From an uncultured Spirochaetia bacterium (GTDB lineage Bacteria > Desulfobacterota_D > UBA1144 > Nemesobacterales > UBA2774): a stretch of 64,000 nt of DNA. Of the stretch, positions 29,983-39,892 are shown one piece after another. The translations under genes and the position numbers were made by a program. The stretch spans positions 517 to 64,516 of the forward strand of contig CAZUDM010000016.1 of the NCBI GenBank assembly GCA_964618635.1, written 5' to 3'. Each line of letters opens with the position of its first letter. Within the stretch, counting starts at the first letter, position 1. A model generated the notes under the pieces. It saw only the letters and a list, made by a program, of their open reading frames with translations. It did no database searches and was not told where the DNA came from.

Positions 29983-30651
29983 CTATTTCCCCGTCTCCTT
30001 AAAAGAGGCGTCGACGGGCTTGGATTCGGGCGACCCCTTCTGCCTGAGCCATATCGAAAGCAGGACTACCGAGGCCACGGCCAGGAATTCGCTCTGCCAG
30101 TTCTGAAACGATTCGAACCAGAAACGGGAGCCCGCTAAGTACTCCGTCCACGCGGCCGGCTCCCCTCCGGACATAAGCTCGTGCTGGTTGTAATCCTTGA
30201 GACTTCCCTTGAAATGGAGGACGAAAGCCGTCAGAAACAATAGCAAAAATGCGATCGAAAGGGAATTTTCGTAAAGCCTGAGCCATATTCCGCCCTTCCT
30301 CACGGGCCAGGGCGAGTCAAGGCGCGGGGGGTGCACCTTGTCAGATTCCTCCTTGCCGTCGAGCTTCTTCGATTCGGAGGAACCTTCCTGCCTCAGGAAT
30401 ACAGTGAGGAGGACGTATAACGCCATCTGGAGGAATTCGCTCTCCCAGTTCTCGAACGTCGCCTGTATGAAGTGGCCGCTGGAGACGTATTCGACGAGGG
30501 CGACGGGCGCCCGGCCTTCCTCCTCCCGCTCGTCGTTGTATACGCGGTAGCCTGTGAGGAGCTGCCCGCCGAGGAAGATAATCATAAGGCCGAGGAGCAC
30601 CAGGCTGAGGCTGTTCCTGTAAAGAAAAGAATGGCGTCTCTCGCTCCCCAT
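29983..30651 (-). CDS. DUF6766 family membrane protein
   Basis: ATFENWESEFLQ and ESFQNWQSEFL internal duplication; LRQxGSxESK twice. Confidence 0.8.
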   Translation of the reverse strand: MGSERRHSFLYRNSLSLVLLGLMIIFLGGQLLTGYRVYNDEREEEGRAPVALVEYVSSGHFIQATFENWESEFLQMALYVLLTVFLRQEGSSESKKLDGKEESDKVHPPRLDSPWPVRKGGIWLRLYENSLSIAFLLLFLTAFVLHFKGSLKDYNQHELMSGGEPAAWTEYLAGSRFWFESFQNWQSEFLAVASVVLLSIWLRQKGSPESKPVDASFKETGK

Positions 30652-30705
30652 GCAAGAACTCTAACACATATCACGCCGGGCTCAGACTGAATTCGGGGCA
30701 GGGCG

Positions 30706-31680
30706 CTACGGCGTCCCGGGCTGCGATTCCTGTCCGGCGGCCGGTGTTTTCTTGTCCGTTCCGGGGCCGTCGCCGGGCACGTCGAGCTCGAGGCGCGTCG
30801 CCTTCGGAAGCTGCGAAACGCTGATGCTCGTCGGCGGCGAGGAGAGGTCGATCCCCTCTATCTCGAACTTGTTCTTTATCCTCTTCCTGAGCTCCCGCCC
30901 GACGTCCCACTGCTTCAGCGGAAGGGTCTTTATCATGCTCTTTATCGTGTAGCCGCTCCCGCCGAAGCTGTCGACGCCCAGTATCTGGATCGGCTCCAGT
31001 ATGAAGCCGCCGAAGAGCGGGTCCTTCGCCAGCTCCTCACCGACGCGCTTAAGGACGTTCGCGACGCGGTCCGGGTCTTCCTTGTATGAGACGTTCACGT
31101 CTACTACGTACCTCGCCCAGCCCTTGCTCCGGTTGGCGAGCTGCGTCACCGTGCCGTTCGGGAAAACGTGCACGGTCCCTTCGAGGTCGCGTATGACAAT
31201 CGTCCTGAAATTTATCTCCTCGACCGTTCCCCCCGTCCCGTTCACGACGGCCACGTCGCCCACGCGCACCTGGTCTTCCATGATCATGAAGAATCCGCTT
31301 ATTATGTCGCGCACCAGATTCTGCGCGCCGAAGCTCACTGCCAGGCCCATTATGCCCGCGCCGGCTATGATGGGCGCTATGTCGACGCCGAGCTCGCGGA
31401 GGATTATCATCGCCGCGATGCCCCATACGACGATGAACACGAGGTGCTTCAGGAGATTCCGGACAGTAGTGAGCCTCCTGCCCGTTTCGAGCGCGCTGTC
31501 GAACGCCCCGCTCCGGGCCGCGATCCTCGCTTCGAGCCTGTCTATGAGCCTGTAGAAGAGCTTGAGCGTCACGAACGCGATTACGACGACCAGCACGATC
31601 CGGAGCCCCGACGTGATGATCCAGGCGAGGAGACCCTCGGCGAATTCGGGGTTGGTGACGCGGTCGATAAAGTTCTGCAT
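30706..31680 (-). CDS. Small-conductance mechanosensitive channel (YbiO/MscS family)
   Basis: GLAVSFGAQNLVRDIISG, DQVRVGD, GTVEEINFR, FPNG. Confidence 0.92.
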   Translation of the reverse strand: MQNFIDRVTNPEFAEGLLAWIITSGLRIVLVVVIAFVTLKLFYRLIDRLEARIAARSGAFDSALETGRRLTTVRNLLKHLVFIVVWGIAAMIILRELGVDIAPIIAGAGIMGLAVSFGAQNLVRDIISGFFMIMEDQVRVGDVAVVNGTGGTVEEINFRTIVIRDLEGTVHVFPNGTVTQLANRSKGWARYVVDVNVSYKEDPDRVANVLKRVGEELAKDPLFGGFILEPIQILGVDSFGGSGYTIKSMIKTLPLKQWDVGRELRKRIKNKFEIEGIDLSSPPTSISVSQLPKATRLELDVPGDGPGTDKKTPAAGQESQPGTP

Positions 31681-31851
31681 AATCGTGTTCCCGCCAGGGC
31701 CTTTCGAAGTATTATTGCAATTAACTATAACATACGGCTACGTGGAGACCGGGAATAAAAAGACCGATTTTCAGGCGTCCGTTGACCGGCGCGAGAATTT
31801 ACATGAGAATTGTCTGGGGGTTTTCCGGGCCCGGCGCCCGGGGGAGAAAAC

Positions 31852-32403
31852 ATGAACGCAAGACGCACGCTGCCCGCTTTATTTATCATACTGTTCGCAC
31901 TGTCGGCGGCTTACTCGGAGGCCGGGGAAAAGGGCCCCGCCGATGCCGTGAACGCCTTCTATAACGCTTATCTCAAGGTGAAGCCTCTCGGCATACCTTC
32001 CGCCGCGCAGCTCGCGGAGCTGTCGCCTTTTATCACGCCGCCGCTGAAAGACCTGCTGAAGAGCGCGGACGACGCGGAGCGGAAATACAAGGAAGAGACT
32101 AAGGGCGAGGTGCCGCCGCTCGTTCAGGGCGACGTGTTCACGTCCCTCTTCGAAGGGGCCGACGCGTTCAAGGTCTCCGGCTGCACGGAAAAGGACGCAT
32201 CCTCTGAATGCCAGGTCGAGTTCTCGAATACGAATCCCGGCGACGGAAAGACGTTTAAATGGAAGGACGCCGTTCTCCTGGAAAAGACTGGAAAGGGCTG
32301 GCTTATTAGCGACGTGAAATACCAGGGCGACTGGGACTTCGCAGTGAAGGGCACGCTCACCGAAATGCTGAAGGGAGTTATTTCGGAAGGCGCGGGGAAC
32401 TGA
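31852..32403 (+). CDS. Secreted DUF3828-like protein
   Basis: Signal peptide; AVNAFYNAY, GDVFTSL, WLISDV. Confidence 0.65.
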   Translation: MNARRTLPALFIILFALSAAYSEAGEKGPADAVNAFYNAYLKVKPLGIPSAAQLAELSPFITPPLKDLLKSADDAERKYKEETKGEVPPLVQGDVFTSLFEGADAFKVSGCTEKDASSECQVEFSNTNPGDGKTFKWKDAVLLEKTGKGWLISDVKYQGDWDFAVKGTLTEMLKGVISEGAGN

Positions 32404-32406
32404 CGC

Positions 32407-33798
32407 TCATCCCTCCGCCGTCACGACGCTCATGCTGACGCCGTCTGTGACGACTACCTTATCACCGGGCTTTACGGCGCCTGACTTAAGCGCGGCTCGA
32501 ACCACCGCTTCCGTCTCCAAATCCTCTCCGGCGCTCTTCGGGTCGAGCACCGCCTCCACGCCCCACACGGCGGCGAGCTGCCTCCAGGTCGTCTCGAACG
32601 GCGTGATCGCCGTCACGGCCTGCTTCGGCCTGTACCTCGAAATGAGTCTCGCCGTGTATCCCGACTTCGTGTGCGTGACGATCCCCGAGGCGTTTATATT
32701 GTCCGACAGGCCGCACACGGAGAGCCCGAACGCCTCCCTGTCGGAGCGGGGCGGATAGCGCCTGAACCTCTCCACGACGCTCCCGAATAGCGCGCTGAGC
32801 TCCGTCTCACGCGCGATGCGCGCGAGCGTTGCGGCCGCGATGGCGGGGTAGCTCCCAACGGCGGTTTCTTCCGAAAGCATCACGGCGTCCGTACCGTCGA
32901 GTATGGCGTTGGCGACGTCGGCCGCCTCGGCCCTCGTCGGCCGGAAATCGTTCACCATCGATTTCAGCATGTGCGTTGCAGTGATGACCATCTTCCCCGC
33001 AGCGTTCGACTTCGCGATTATCGTCTTCTGCACTATCGGCACCTTTTCGAGCGGCGTCTCCACTCCCAGGTCTCCCCGCGCGACCATTATGCCGTCCACG
33101 GCCTCCAGTATGCCGTCGATATTCTCTATGGCGCGGTTGTTCTCTATCTTCGCGACGAGCGGCGCGGAGCTTCCGCGCTCTTGAAGATAATCCCTGACCT
33201 GCCGGACGTCGGCCGCGTTCCTGACGAAGGACTGCGCGACGATGTCGACGCCGTGCCGTATGCCGAATTCGAGGTCCGCCCGGTCCTTCTCCGTGAAGGC
33301 CGGGATGTCGAGGGAATGGAGCGGCACGTTGACGCCCTTTCTCGAGCTGAGCTCGCCACCGGCGGCGACTATAGTCACGACATCCGTATCCGAGGTGTCC
33401 GTCACCTTGAGCTCTATCGATCCGTCGCTGAGGAGTATAGCGTCGCCGGGCTTCACCATTCGCGGCAGCGGGGGGAAATCGACGGTAACGGTGCGGGGCC
33501 TGCCGTTGACGCTTCGCGTCGTGAGGGTGAACTCGTCGCCTGTCCTCAGGGTAAGCGGGTCGGGCTCGACCGTTCCCACGCGTATCTTCTGCCCCGCCAG
33601 GTCCTGCATGACAGCGACCGGCCGCCCGAGCTCGTCCGAGACGCGTCTTATCGTCTCGATGCGCTCTTTGTGCTCGTCGTGGGTCCCGTGCGAAAAGTTG
33701 AGCCTCGCGACGTTCATCCCCGACTGCACGAGCTGCCTTATAGTTCCGGGCTGGCTCGACGCGGGGCCTATCGTGCAAATGATTCTGGTCTTGGTCAT
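32407..33798 (-). CDS. pyk: Pyruvate kinase
   Basis: CTIGPAS, RLNFSHG, AKIE, MVARGDLG, DAVMLSEETA. Confidence 0.97.
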   Translation of the reverse strand: MTKTRIICTIGPASSQPGTIRQLVQSGMNVARLNFSHGTHDEHKERIETIRRVSDELGRPVAVMQDLAGQKIRVGTVEPDPLTLRTGDEFTLTTRSVNGRPRTVTVDFPPLPRMVKPGDAILLSDGSIELKVTDTSDTDVVTIVAAGGELSSRKGVNVPLHSLDIPAFTEKDRADLEFGIRHGVDIVAQSFVRNAADVRQVRDYLQERGSSAPLVAKIENNRAIENIDGILEAVDGIMVARGDLGVETPLEKVPIVQKTIIAKSNAAGKMVITATHMLKSMVNDFRPTRAEAADVANAILDGTDAVMLSEETAVGSYPAIAAATLARIARETELSALFGSVVERFRRYPPRSDREAFGLSVCGLSDNINASGIVTHTKSGYTARLISRYRPKQAVTAITPFETTWRQLAAVWGVEAVLDPKSAGEDLETEAVVRAALKSGAVKPGDKVVVTDGVSMSVVTAEG

Positions 33799-33954
33799 CT
33801 CTGCCTCCGTAGCGGTGCAGGGTGTGGTGGACGTACTGAATGTATGGAAAGAACGGAAAGAAAAAAGAAGTATAACCGGCCCATCCGTAAAGATGGCCGT
33901 GGAGCGGATTGTCCGGCGCCGGAAAGGCTGCCGGCGTTATCGAGTCAGCCGGAT

Positions 33955-34146
33955 TCAGTCGGCGGCTGCAAAGAGCGGCGTGCGGGATTCCGGCGTCGTC
34001 CTGGGCGTTTTAGACAGGCACTCGTCGCAGTGCCCGTAGGTCCCCTGGATCAATTTCTTCATCTGAAACTTTTCTGCCTTGCGCCACGTCGAGCAGCCCG
34101 GGCAGAAGTGCTGCACTTCGCGGTCTCTTTTTCTTGCTGTCTCCAT
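33955..34146 (-). CDS. Small putative zinc-finger protein (63 aa)
   Basis: CPGC...CDEC; GGAG ribosome-binding site. Confidence 0.45.
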   Translation of the reverse strand: METARKRDREVQHFCPGCSTWRKAEKFQMKKLIQGTYGHCDECLSKTPRTTPESRTPLFAAAD

Positions 34147-34558
34147 TTGATTATCTCCGTTCGTGTTTTTTCGGTTTGTGCAATATACTGCAATGCTCGT
34201 GCCAGAACCGCCCGCCACATCCGGGATTTGTAAGTGGCTGCAATCACGAGACTTCGCACTTGCGGTCTCCCTCGGAGTGGCGAAAAGTGTGCAGTAAATT
34301 GTCAGGCATTTTGCACATCCATGCCGAGTATCGAAACACTTTGCATGCCATATTGCGCCGCGCCGCTCTGTAGACCAGGCGCCGGCTTTACAGAAATTAG
34401 ACGCATCCCGGGCGCTTTCCGATTCAGTTACGCGCTCCGCTTCGGGGTAGCGGTCATGCTTCGAATCCTCGAAGAGAAACGGGCGGGCATATACGTTCCG
34501 TATGTGGACTGCGCGCGTTAAATGTATTACCTTTTTACGTGTAGCCGGAGCGGCGAAA

Positions 34559-35176
34559 ATGGAAGAGATACTTCCCGGTTTATATCACTGGACGACGTTT
34601 CACGAGGGCATAGGTCAGGACGTCCATTCCTACTACGTCTCTGACGCCGACCCGCCATACCTTATAGACCCGCGCGTCCCCGACGAGGGAACAGGCTGGT
34701 TCGAGGCTCACGGCGCGCCGGAAAACGTATACCTCACGAACCGTCTTCACTACCGCCACAGCGGGCGCTTCGCGAAGCGCTACGGCCTCACGGTATGGTG
34801 CCACAGCGCGGGGATGCACGCCTTCAAAAAGGGGCGGAAGGGAAGGCCGTTCGAGCACGGAGACGAGCTTCCGGGCGGCGTCATCGCTCTTAAGGTCGGC
34901 GCGCTCTGCCCGGAGGAGACGGCGTTTCACATCCCGCTCGGAAAGGGAGTCCTCTCGCTCGGGGACTCTATAACGAACGACGGCGGCGGTCTCTCGTTTG
35001 TGCCCGATTATCTCATGGGAGACGACCCGGAGGAGGTCAGGCGCGGGCTCGTAAAGTCGTTCCGCAAAATACTGAAAGAACGCTCCTTCGACGCCGTCCT
35101 GTTCGCGCACGGCGATCCCATCGTAAAGGGCGGAAAGAAGGCGCTCAGGGAATTCATCGGAGGGCCCGGAATTTAA
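34559..35176 (+). CDS. MBL-fold metallo-hydrolase-like protein
   Basis: LIDP, LTNRLHYRH, GDS, LFAHG. Confidence 0.75.
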   Translation: MEEILPGLYHWTTFHEGIGQDVHSYYVSDADPPYLIDPRVPDEGTGWFEAHGAPENVYLTNRLHYRHSGRFAKRYGLTVWCHSAGMHAFKKGRKGRPFEHGDELPGGVIALKVGALCPEETAFHIPLGKGVLSLGDSITNDGGGLSFVPDYLMGDDPEEVRRGLVKSFRKILKERSFDAVLFAHGDPIVKGGKKALREFIGGPGI

Positions 35177-35252
35177 TTCTTTGCAGGACGTGATTCCGCA
35201 TTTCCTGAAACCTTTCACGCGGCCCGGCTTCCAAAAATAAAAGGAGAAAAAC

Positions 35253-36134
35253 ATGGCCAAGGCAAATGAATCCGTGGAGAAGCTCACGATCGCCCCGATC
35301 GAAGCGGGGCACACGAAGGAGCTCGGCAGGATATGCTTCGAGGCGTTTAAATCGATCCACGACAAGCATGCGTTCGAGAGAGATTTCCCGACGCCGGAAG
35401 CCGGGCAGGGGGTTATAGATTTTCTCGTCTCGCGTGACGACTTCCACGGCGTCGCTGCGCTTCTGGGCGGGAAGCCGGTCGGCTCGAATTTCATCTCGTT
35501 CACCGACCCTGTCGCCGGCGTCGGGCCGATAACCGTCGACCCCGAGCGCCACGAAAGGGGGATCGGCAGGGCGCTCATGAACGCCGTCCTCGACGCCGCG
35601 CGCGAGAGGGGAGTCGAAACCGTGAGGCTCATGCAGGATTCGTTCAACTCGCGCTCGCTTTCGCTCTACGCCTCGCTCGGATTCGACGTCAGGGAGCCCG
35701 TCGCCCTCATGCAGGCCGCGCCGGTTGACGTTGCAAATGCAACTATACGCCCCGCCGCGCCCGAAGACGTAGCTGCAATGGACGAGCTCTGCGTCGAGAA
35801 GTATAAAGTCAGCCGCGGGAACGAGATCGGAAACGCGATAAAGTTCGGGTTCTCTCCGCTGGTCTCGGAGCGCGGGGGAAGGATAACGGGATACCTGATA
35901 CCCGGGTTCCTCGGCCACGGCGCGGCGGAAACTGTCGACGACGCTGCCGCGCTCGCGGGCGAGGCCGGCAAGCTCTCTGGCCCGCAGGCGAAGTTCTTCT
36001 GCCCGCTGAGAGAGGCGGAGCTCTATAGAAGGCTCCTCGCCGACAGGCACCGCGTGATGAAGGTCATGACTCTCATGACTCTCGGCCCGTACGATCCCCC
36101 CGACGACGTGTGGATGCCGTCTGTATTTTACTGA
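35253..36134 (+). CDS. GNAT family N-acetyltransferase
   Basis: GPITVDP...RGIGRALM; SLSLYASLGF. Confidence 0.85.
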   Translation: MAKANESVEKLTIAPIEAGHTKELGRICFEAFKSIHDKHAFERDFPTPEAGQGVIDFLVSRDDFHGVAALLGGKPVGSNFISFTDPVAGVGPITVDPERHERGIGRALMNAVLDAARERGVETVRLMQDSFNSRSLSLYASLGFDVREPVALMQAAPVDVANATIRPAAPEDVAAMDELCVEKYKVSRGNEIGNAIKFGFSPLVSERGGRITGYLIPGFLGHGAAETVDDAAALAGEAGKLSGPQAKFFCPLREAELYRRLLADRHRVMKVMTLMTLGPYDPPDDVWMPSVFY

Positions 36135-36245
36135 TAAGCGCGCCCCGCGCGGACGCAATCCGGCTAATGCTATTTCACGCGCCATATGGACAAATCGACC
36201 GGATTATCACATAATTTAAGTAGAGAACATTATGAACGGGAGGTC

Positions 36246-36452
36246 ATGATGAGCTACTACATAATTCCCGAAAAATGCGTCCTCTGCGATGCATGTCGTC
36301 CGATGTGCCCCAGGAATGCGATCAGCGCAGCGGCAGTCGAAAAGACCTACATCATCGATCCTGACCTCTGCAACGATTGTCAGAATATTTCTCACGTTCG
36401 CTGCGTACCGCAGTGTCCGGTGGATGCGATAGTCGCTTCCCGGCCGAACTGA
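36246..36452 (+). CDS. 4Fe-4S ferredoxin (YfhL-like)
   Basis: [12 protein letters not shown] and CNDC...CVPQCP. Confidence 0.9.
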   Translation: MMSYYIIPEKCVLCDACRPMCPRNAISAAAVEKTYIIDPDLCNDCQNISHVRCVPQCPVDAIVASRPN

Positions 36453-36470
36453 GAGCCTGGCGTTTCAAAA

Positions 36471-37076
36471 TCACGCGGCCAGGAAGGCCATTGCGCCCTG
36501 CCGGGCCCGCGTGAACATGCGGCACCTTTCGAGCGAGAGGGCGGGGTTTCCGTAAATCCGCCAACCGCAGGTTCCCCTGCATTCGAGCGGGAGGAGGCCC
36601 ATGTATCCGAGCACGTCTTCGGCGGGATATCCCAGCGCGATCCCGATTTCGTGAGGAATCTCCCCGGACTCGTTCCACCTGCGGCCGATTTCGGCGAGGA
36701 ACTCCCCGGGTGACATATCGGCATTATATCCGAGCTTCTCTTCGAGTATGCACGGCGGGACAGCCGCCAGCGCTTCGCTCACCTTCTTCCGCTTGTAGAA
36801 TACGACCTTCGCCGTTTCGGAGCCCCGGCAAAGGGGGAGGTAGGAGTAATTCCATTTGGCGGAGAGTTTTTCGATGATCTTGAGCTGCCTGTCGTAACCT
36901 AACCCGCACTGGTCTCCGGGTATCGTCAGGAGCTCGCCGGCCTTGCCGCCGAACAGGACCCCCGCGATGTGAACGAAGAGCCACTTCTGAAATTCGGGCT
37001 CCGAGCCCGAAAGGGTTTTCAGCTCCTTTTTCCAGTCGTGGAACCTGTGCGATATCGTTTCTAACGTTTCCAGCAT
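36471..37076 (-). CDS. DUF3793 family protein
   Basis: AGVLFGGKAGELL; IPHEIGIALGYPAEDVLGY; WRIYG. Confidence 0.85.
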   Translation of the reverse strand: MLETLETISHRFHDWKKELKTLSGSEPEFQKWLFVHIAGVLFGGKAGELLTIPGDQCGLGYDRQLKIIEKLSAKWNYSYLPLCRGSETAKVVFYKRKKVSEALAAVPPCILEEKLGYNADMSPGEFLAEIGRRWNESGEIPHEIGIALGYPAEDVLGYMGLLPLECRGTCGWRIYGNPALSLERCRMFTRARQGAMAFLAA

Positions 37077-37119
37077 TCAGAATCCTGGGGCTTATGGGAG
37101 GCTAAGCCCCAACCTCCGG

Positions 37120-37138
37120 GATAATGATAATCATTATC
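37120..37138. promoter_or_regulatory. Fur box
   Basis: GATAATGATAATCATTATC, 19/19 match to the canonical consensus. Confidence 0.9.
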
Positions 37139-37235
37139 AATAATAATATTGCCAGCACCGAGGCTGCCTGTCAAGAGCGGATGGTACCGATATCCTCTTT
37201 CCAATGCTCCGGGTTTGGGAGTATAATCTGGAAAT

Positions 37236-37706
37236 ATGAACGACAGGTTCGGCCGGATTATTAAGGCGGACGCTTTAAAAGTCAGCGTTTTAGCGTTGCT
37301 TTTTCTTCTCGTGGCGTTGGGTGCGGGCTGCGCGGAGACGGAAACGAGGGCCTTCCCCGGCCAGCCCCAGCTGCGGGGCGACCACTACGTTCAAACCATC
37401 CTCATTTTCGGCCTTTCCCGGCCTGACGGGAGCGTCGTCACGCAGGACGAGTGGCAGGCATTCATGGATGCGTACATAATCCCGCGCTTCGGAGAGGGCC
37501 TCACGATAATCGACACGGACGGGCACTGGATGATGCAGTCAGGGGAGTTAATAAAGGAGGACTCGCGGACTATATTAATCCTTTACGACGCCGCCTCGGC
37601 CCAGCAGGCGGACGCGTCCATAGAAGCCATAAAAGACGAGTATAAAGAGCTCTTCGACCAGCAAGCCGTTCTCAGGATCGACAGCGAAGCGGCCGTTTCG
37701 TTCTAG
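37236..37706 (+). CDS. DUF3574 domain lipoprotein
   Basis: LGAGC lipobox; FGLSRPDG..V...W..F....PRFGEGLT; FDQQAV. Confidence 0.85.
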   Translation: MNDRFGRIIKADALKVSVLALLFLLVALGAGCAETETRAFPGQPQLRGDHYVQTILIFGLSRPDGSVVTQDEWQAFMDAYIIPRFGEGLTIIDTDGHWMMQSGELIKEDSRTILILYDAASAQQADASIEAIKDEYKELFDQQAVLRIDSEAAVSF

Positions 37707-37727
37707 CCAAACCAGTGTAAGGGTAAC

Positions 37728-38015
37728 TTATTTGTGAAGCGCTTCGATCGCTGCTTCGGCGTCTTTATCTATTATTCTGAGGAGCGCCTGAGCCGGCCCC
37801 TGCGGAACCCGCTTTCCCTGCTCCCACTGCCTGAGCGTCGATAATGGAATAAGAAAGACCCCGGAAAATTCCTTCTGGCTGAGGCCTGTCTTCTTTCGAA
37901 TGTGGGCCACGTCCATAGCGGTATACCGCCTGACACGCGCGCCCGTTTTCTTTCCCTTCTTCCATTCGATCGCCTCTTCCACGCCCTTTCTTATGGATTC
38001 GAATCTTTCGCTCAT
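37728..38015 (-). CDS. XRE/HigA-like HTH antitoxin or regulator, no adjacent toxin
   Basis: IRKKTGLSQKEFS..TLRQWEQGKRVPQGPAQALL. Confidence 0.85.
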   Translation of the reverse strand: MSERFESIRKGVEEAIEWKKGKKTGARVRRYTAMDVAHIRKKTGLSQKEFSGVFLIPLSTLRQWEQGKRVPQGPAQALLRIIDKDAEAAIEALHK

Positions 38016-38190
38016 TCGCTTCTCCCTTTTAAAAGAGCCGCCAGTCTTATTATCATAGAACAGTACCTCGATGAATTACTTTGAGCAAGAGCCTGTCATA
38101 GCTTTCGATCTCATTCCGGTCATATTGATTTCCCCTCCGCGCTGTTCTATCATTTGAAATCATATCAGCAGGACGAGGAGGGGTAAGCTC

Positions 38191-38508
38191 ATGTTCATCG
38201 CGAGATGGCAGGTCGAGGCGCGGTTCGGATACAAGCAGCCGGCTATAGATTCCATGAAAAAATGGCTCGAAGAGGTAGGTTCCCAGATAGGCTGGAAGCC
38301 CGATAAAGTAAGGCTCATAACGGGCTCCATAGGGGCCAACGAATCCACGATCGAGACGGAGATAAGGGTGAAGAGCCTCAAGGACCTCGACGACGCCTGG
38401 GCGAAGCTGGCCAAGCTCAAGGACCACAAGAAGTGGGGCAAGGAGTTCGAGAAGTATATCGTCTCCGGCACGGCACGGTGGACAATATACAGGGTCGTAA
38501 ACGACTGA
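38191..38508 (+). CDS. Conserved hypothetical protein (possible dimeric alpha/beta barrel)
   Basis: ORF with GAGGAGG ribosome-binding site and host-like codon usage. Confidence 0.65.
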   Translation: MFIARWQVEARFGYKQPAIDSMKKWLEEVGSQIGWKPDKVRLITGSIGANESTIETEIRVKSLKDLDDAWAKLAKLKDHKKWGKEFEKYIVSGTARWTIYRVVND

Positions 38509-38568
38509 CGCCTGCCCGGGCCGAACACGCCGCTGCTTTAACGATAGAATTCCAGATGGAGGCTTCGG

Positions 38569-39888
38569 ATGGCGCTCGTAAACCCGGTTATATTCGTACC
38601 GGGCATAACTGCTACGTACCTCAAGGACGAGTACAAGCTCCCGCCGGACCTCGTCTGGACTGTGCTGACGAAGGATTACGAGAAGGTTGCCCTCCACCCC
38701 GACGACCTCAGGTACGAGGTACAGGAGCCCGCGCGTCTCCGTCCCGACCAGCTCTACGAAATAGCGTATAAAGAACTCGTTGAAGAGCTCCGCTATAACC
38801 TCAGAAAACGTGAAGACCTCAAGGTGCCCGTCTATCCGTTCGGATACGACTGGCGCATGAAGCTCGAAGACATCGAGGCCGCGCTCGCCGACTTCATCGA
38901 AGAGGTCATCGACAGGACGAAGCTCCTGAAGCACTATTATAAGGACGGATACGGAAACAAGCCGAAGGTGAATCTTGTCGGGCACTCGATGGGCGGGCTG
39001 ATCATCGCGGGCTATCTCAAGACGCACGGCGGCGACAAGGTCGACAAAGTCGCGACGCTCGCAACGCCTTACCAGGGCTCGTTCGAGGCGGTGATAAAGG
39101 TTACGACGGGCACGGCCGACCTCGGCGTATCCCCTCCGAGCTCGCGCGAGAGGGAAGCCGCGCGAATCACGCCTTCGCTCTACTACCTCGTTCCCAGCTT
39201 CAAAAACGGACTCGACATCCCGGCGGGCTCGGGACTGCCGGATAATCTGTTCGACCCTGCCGTCTGGCAGCCGAGCATCGTGGGCTCGATAAAGGAATGG
39301 ATAAAGCTGAAGGGTCTCCCGCTCGACAAACCCGTTCAGCAGCGCGCCGAAGAAATATTCGCACTCATGCTCGCGTGGGGCAAGGCGCACAGGCGGAAGC
39401 TGGATTCGTTCAGGCTCTCCGACGCCGGCATGACTCCCGACAGGTGGCTTGCCGTCGTCGGTGTCGACTCAGTCACGAGGGTGAGGCTCAGGGTCGTCAA
39501 AAGCGGCTCGTGGCCGGAGTTTAAATTCAGCTCGTCCGACCGTGCGAACAGCTGGAACAAGCTCAACACCCTCGACCCTCTCAGCCGCTTCACGGGTGAC
39601 GGCACAGTGCCGTTCGAGGGGGCCGTTCCGAAATTCCTCGCGCCGGAAAACCTCGTCTGCGTGACGCCCGCGGATTACGGCTACTGGGAGATAGGCGACA
39701 AGGTTATCAATTCCGTGGGCGGGTTCCACGGCATACTGCCCAACATGAACATGCTTCACAGGCTTCTGGTGAGGTTCTTCACCGGCGCCCCCGACACCCG
39801 TGAGAACACGTGGGGCAGGCGCGCGCCGGGCGTGGCGAAAGAGGCGTGGAAACCTCCGCTGCCGCTCGCCGACAAGACCGACAGGTAG
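38569..39888 (+). CDS. Lipase/acyltransferase (LCAT/PGAP1-like alpha/beta hydrolase)
   Basis: VIFVPGI, FGYDWR, VGHSMGG, ATPYQGS, GDGTVP. Confidence 0.88.
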   Translation: MALVNPVIFVPGITATYLKDEYKLPPDLVWTVLTKDYEKVALHPDDLRYEVQEPARLRPDQLYEIAYKELVEELRYNLRKREDLKVPVYPFGYDWRMKLEDIEAALADFIEEVIDRTKLLKHYYKDGYGNKPKVNLVGHSMGGLIIAGYLKTHGGDKVDKVATLATPYQGSFEAVIKVTTGTADLGVSPPSSREREAARITPSLYYLVPSFKNGLDIPAGSGLPDNLFDPAVWQPSIVGSIKEWIKLKGLPLDKPVQQRAEEIFALMLAWGKAHRRKLDSFRLSDAGMTPDRWLAVVGVDSVTRVRLRVVKSGSWPEFKFSSSDRANSWNKLNTLDPLSRFTGDGTVPFEGAVPKFLAPENLVCVTPADYGYWEIGDKVINSVGGFHGILPNMNMLHRLLVRFFTGAPDTRENTWGRRAPGVAKEAWKPPLPLADKTDR

Positions 39889-39892
39889 CCCG

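Noticed and set aside
34300-34350. Sigma-54 promoter
   Set aside because: GG-GC spacing is 9 bp, not 10.
38016-38160. RelE/HigB toxin upstream of the XRE gene
   Set aside because: The short frame there has no recognisable toxin features.
38053-39390. Long antisense ORFs (also 7143-7970, 26881-27945, 47369-49156, 32971-34233 and others)
   Set aside because: Shadow frames of well-supported genes in GC-rich DNA, with no recognisable motifs.
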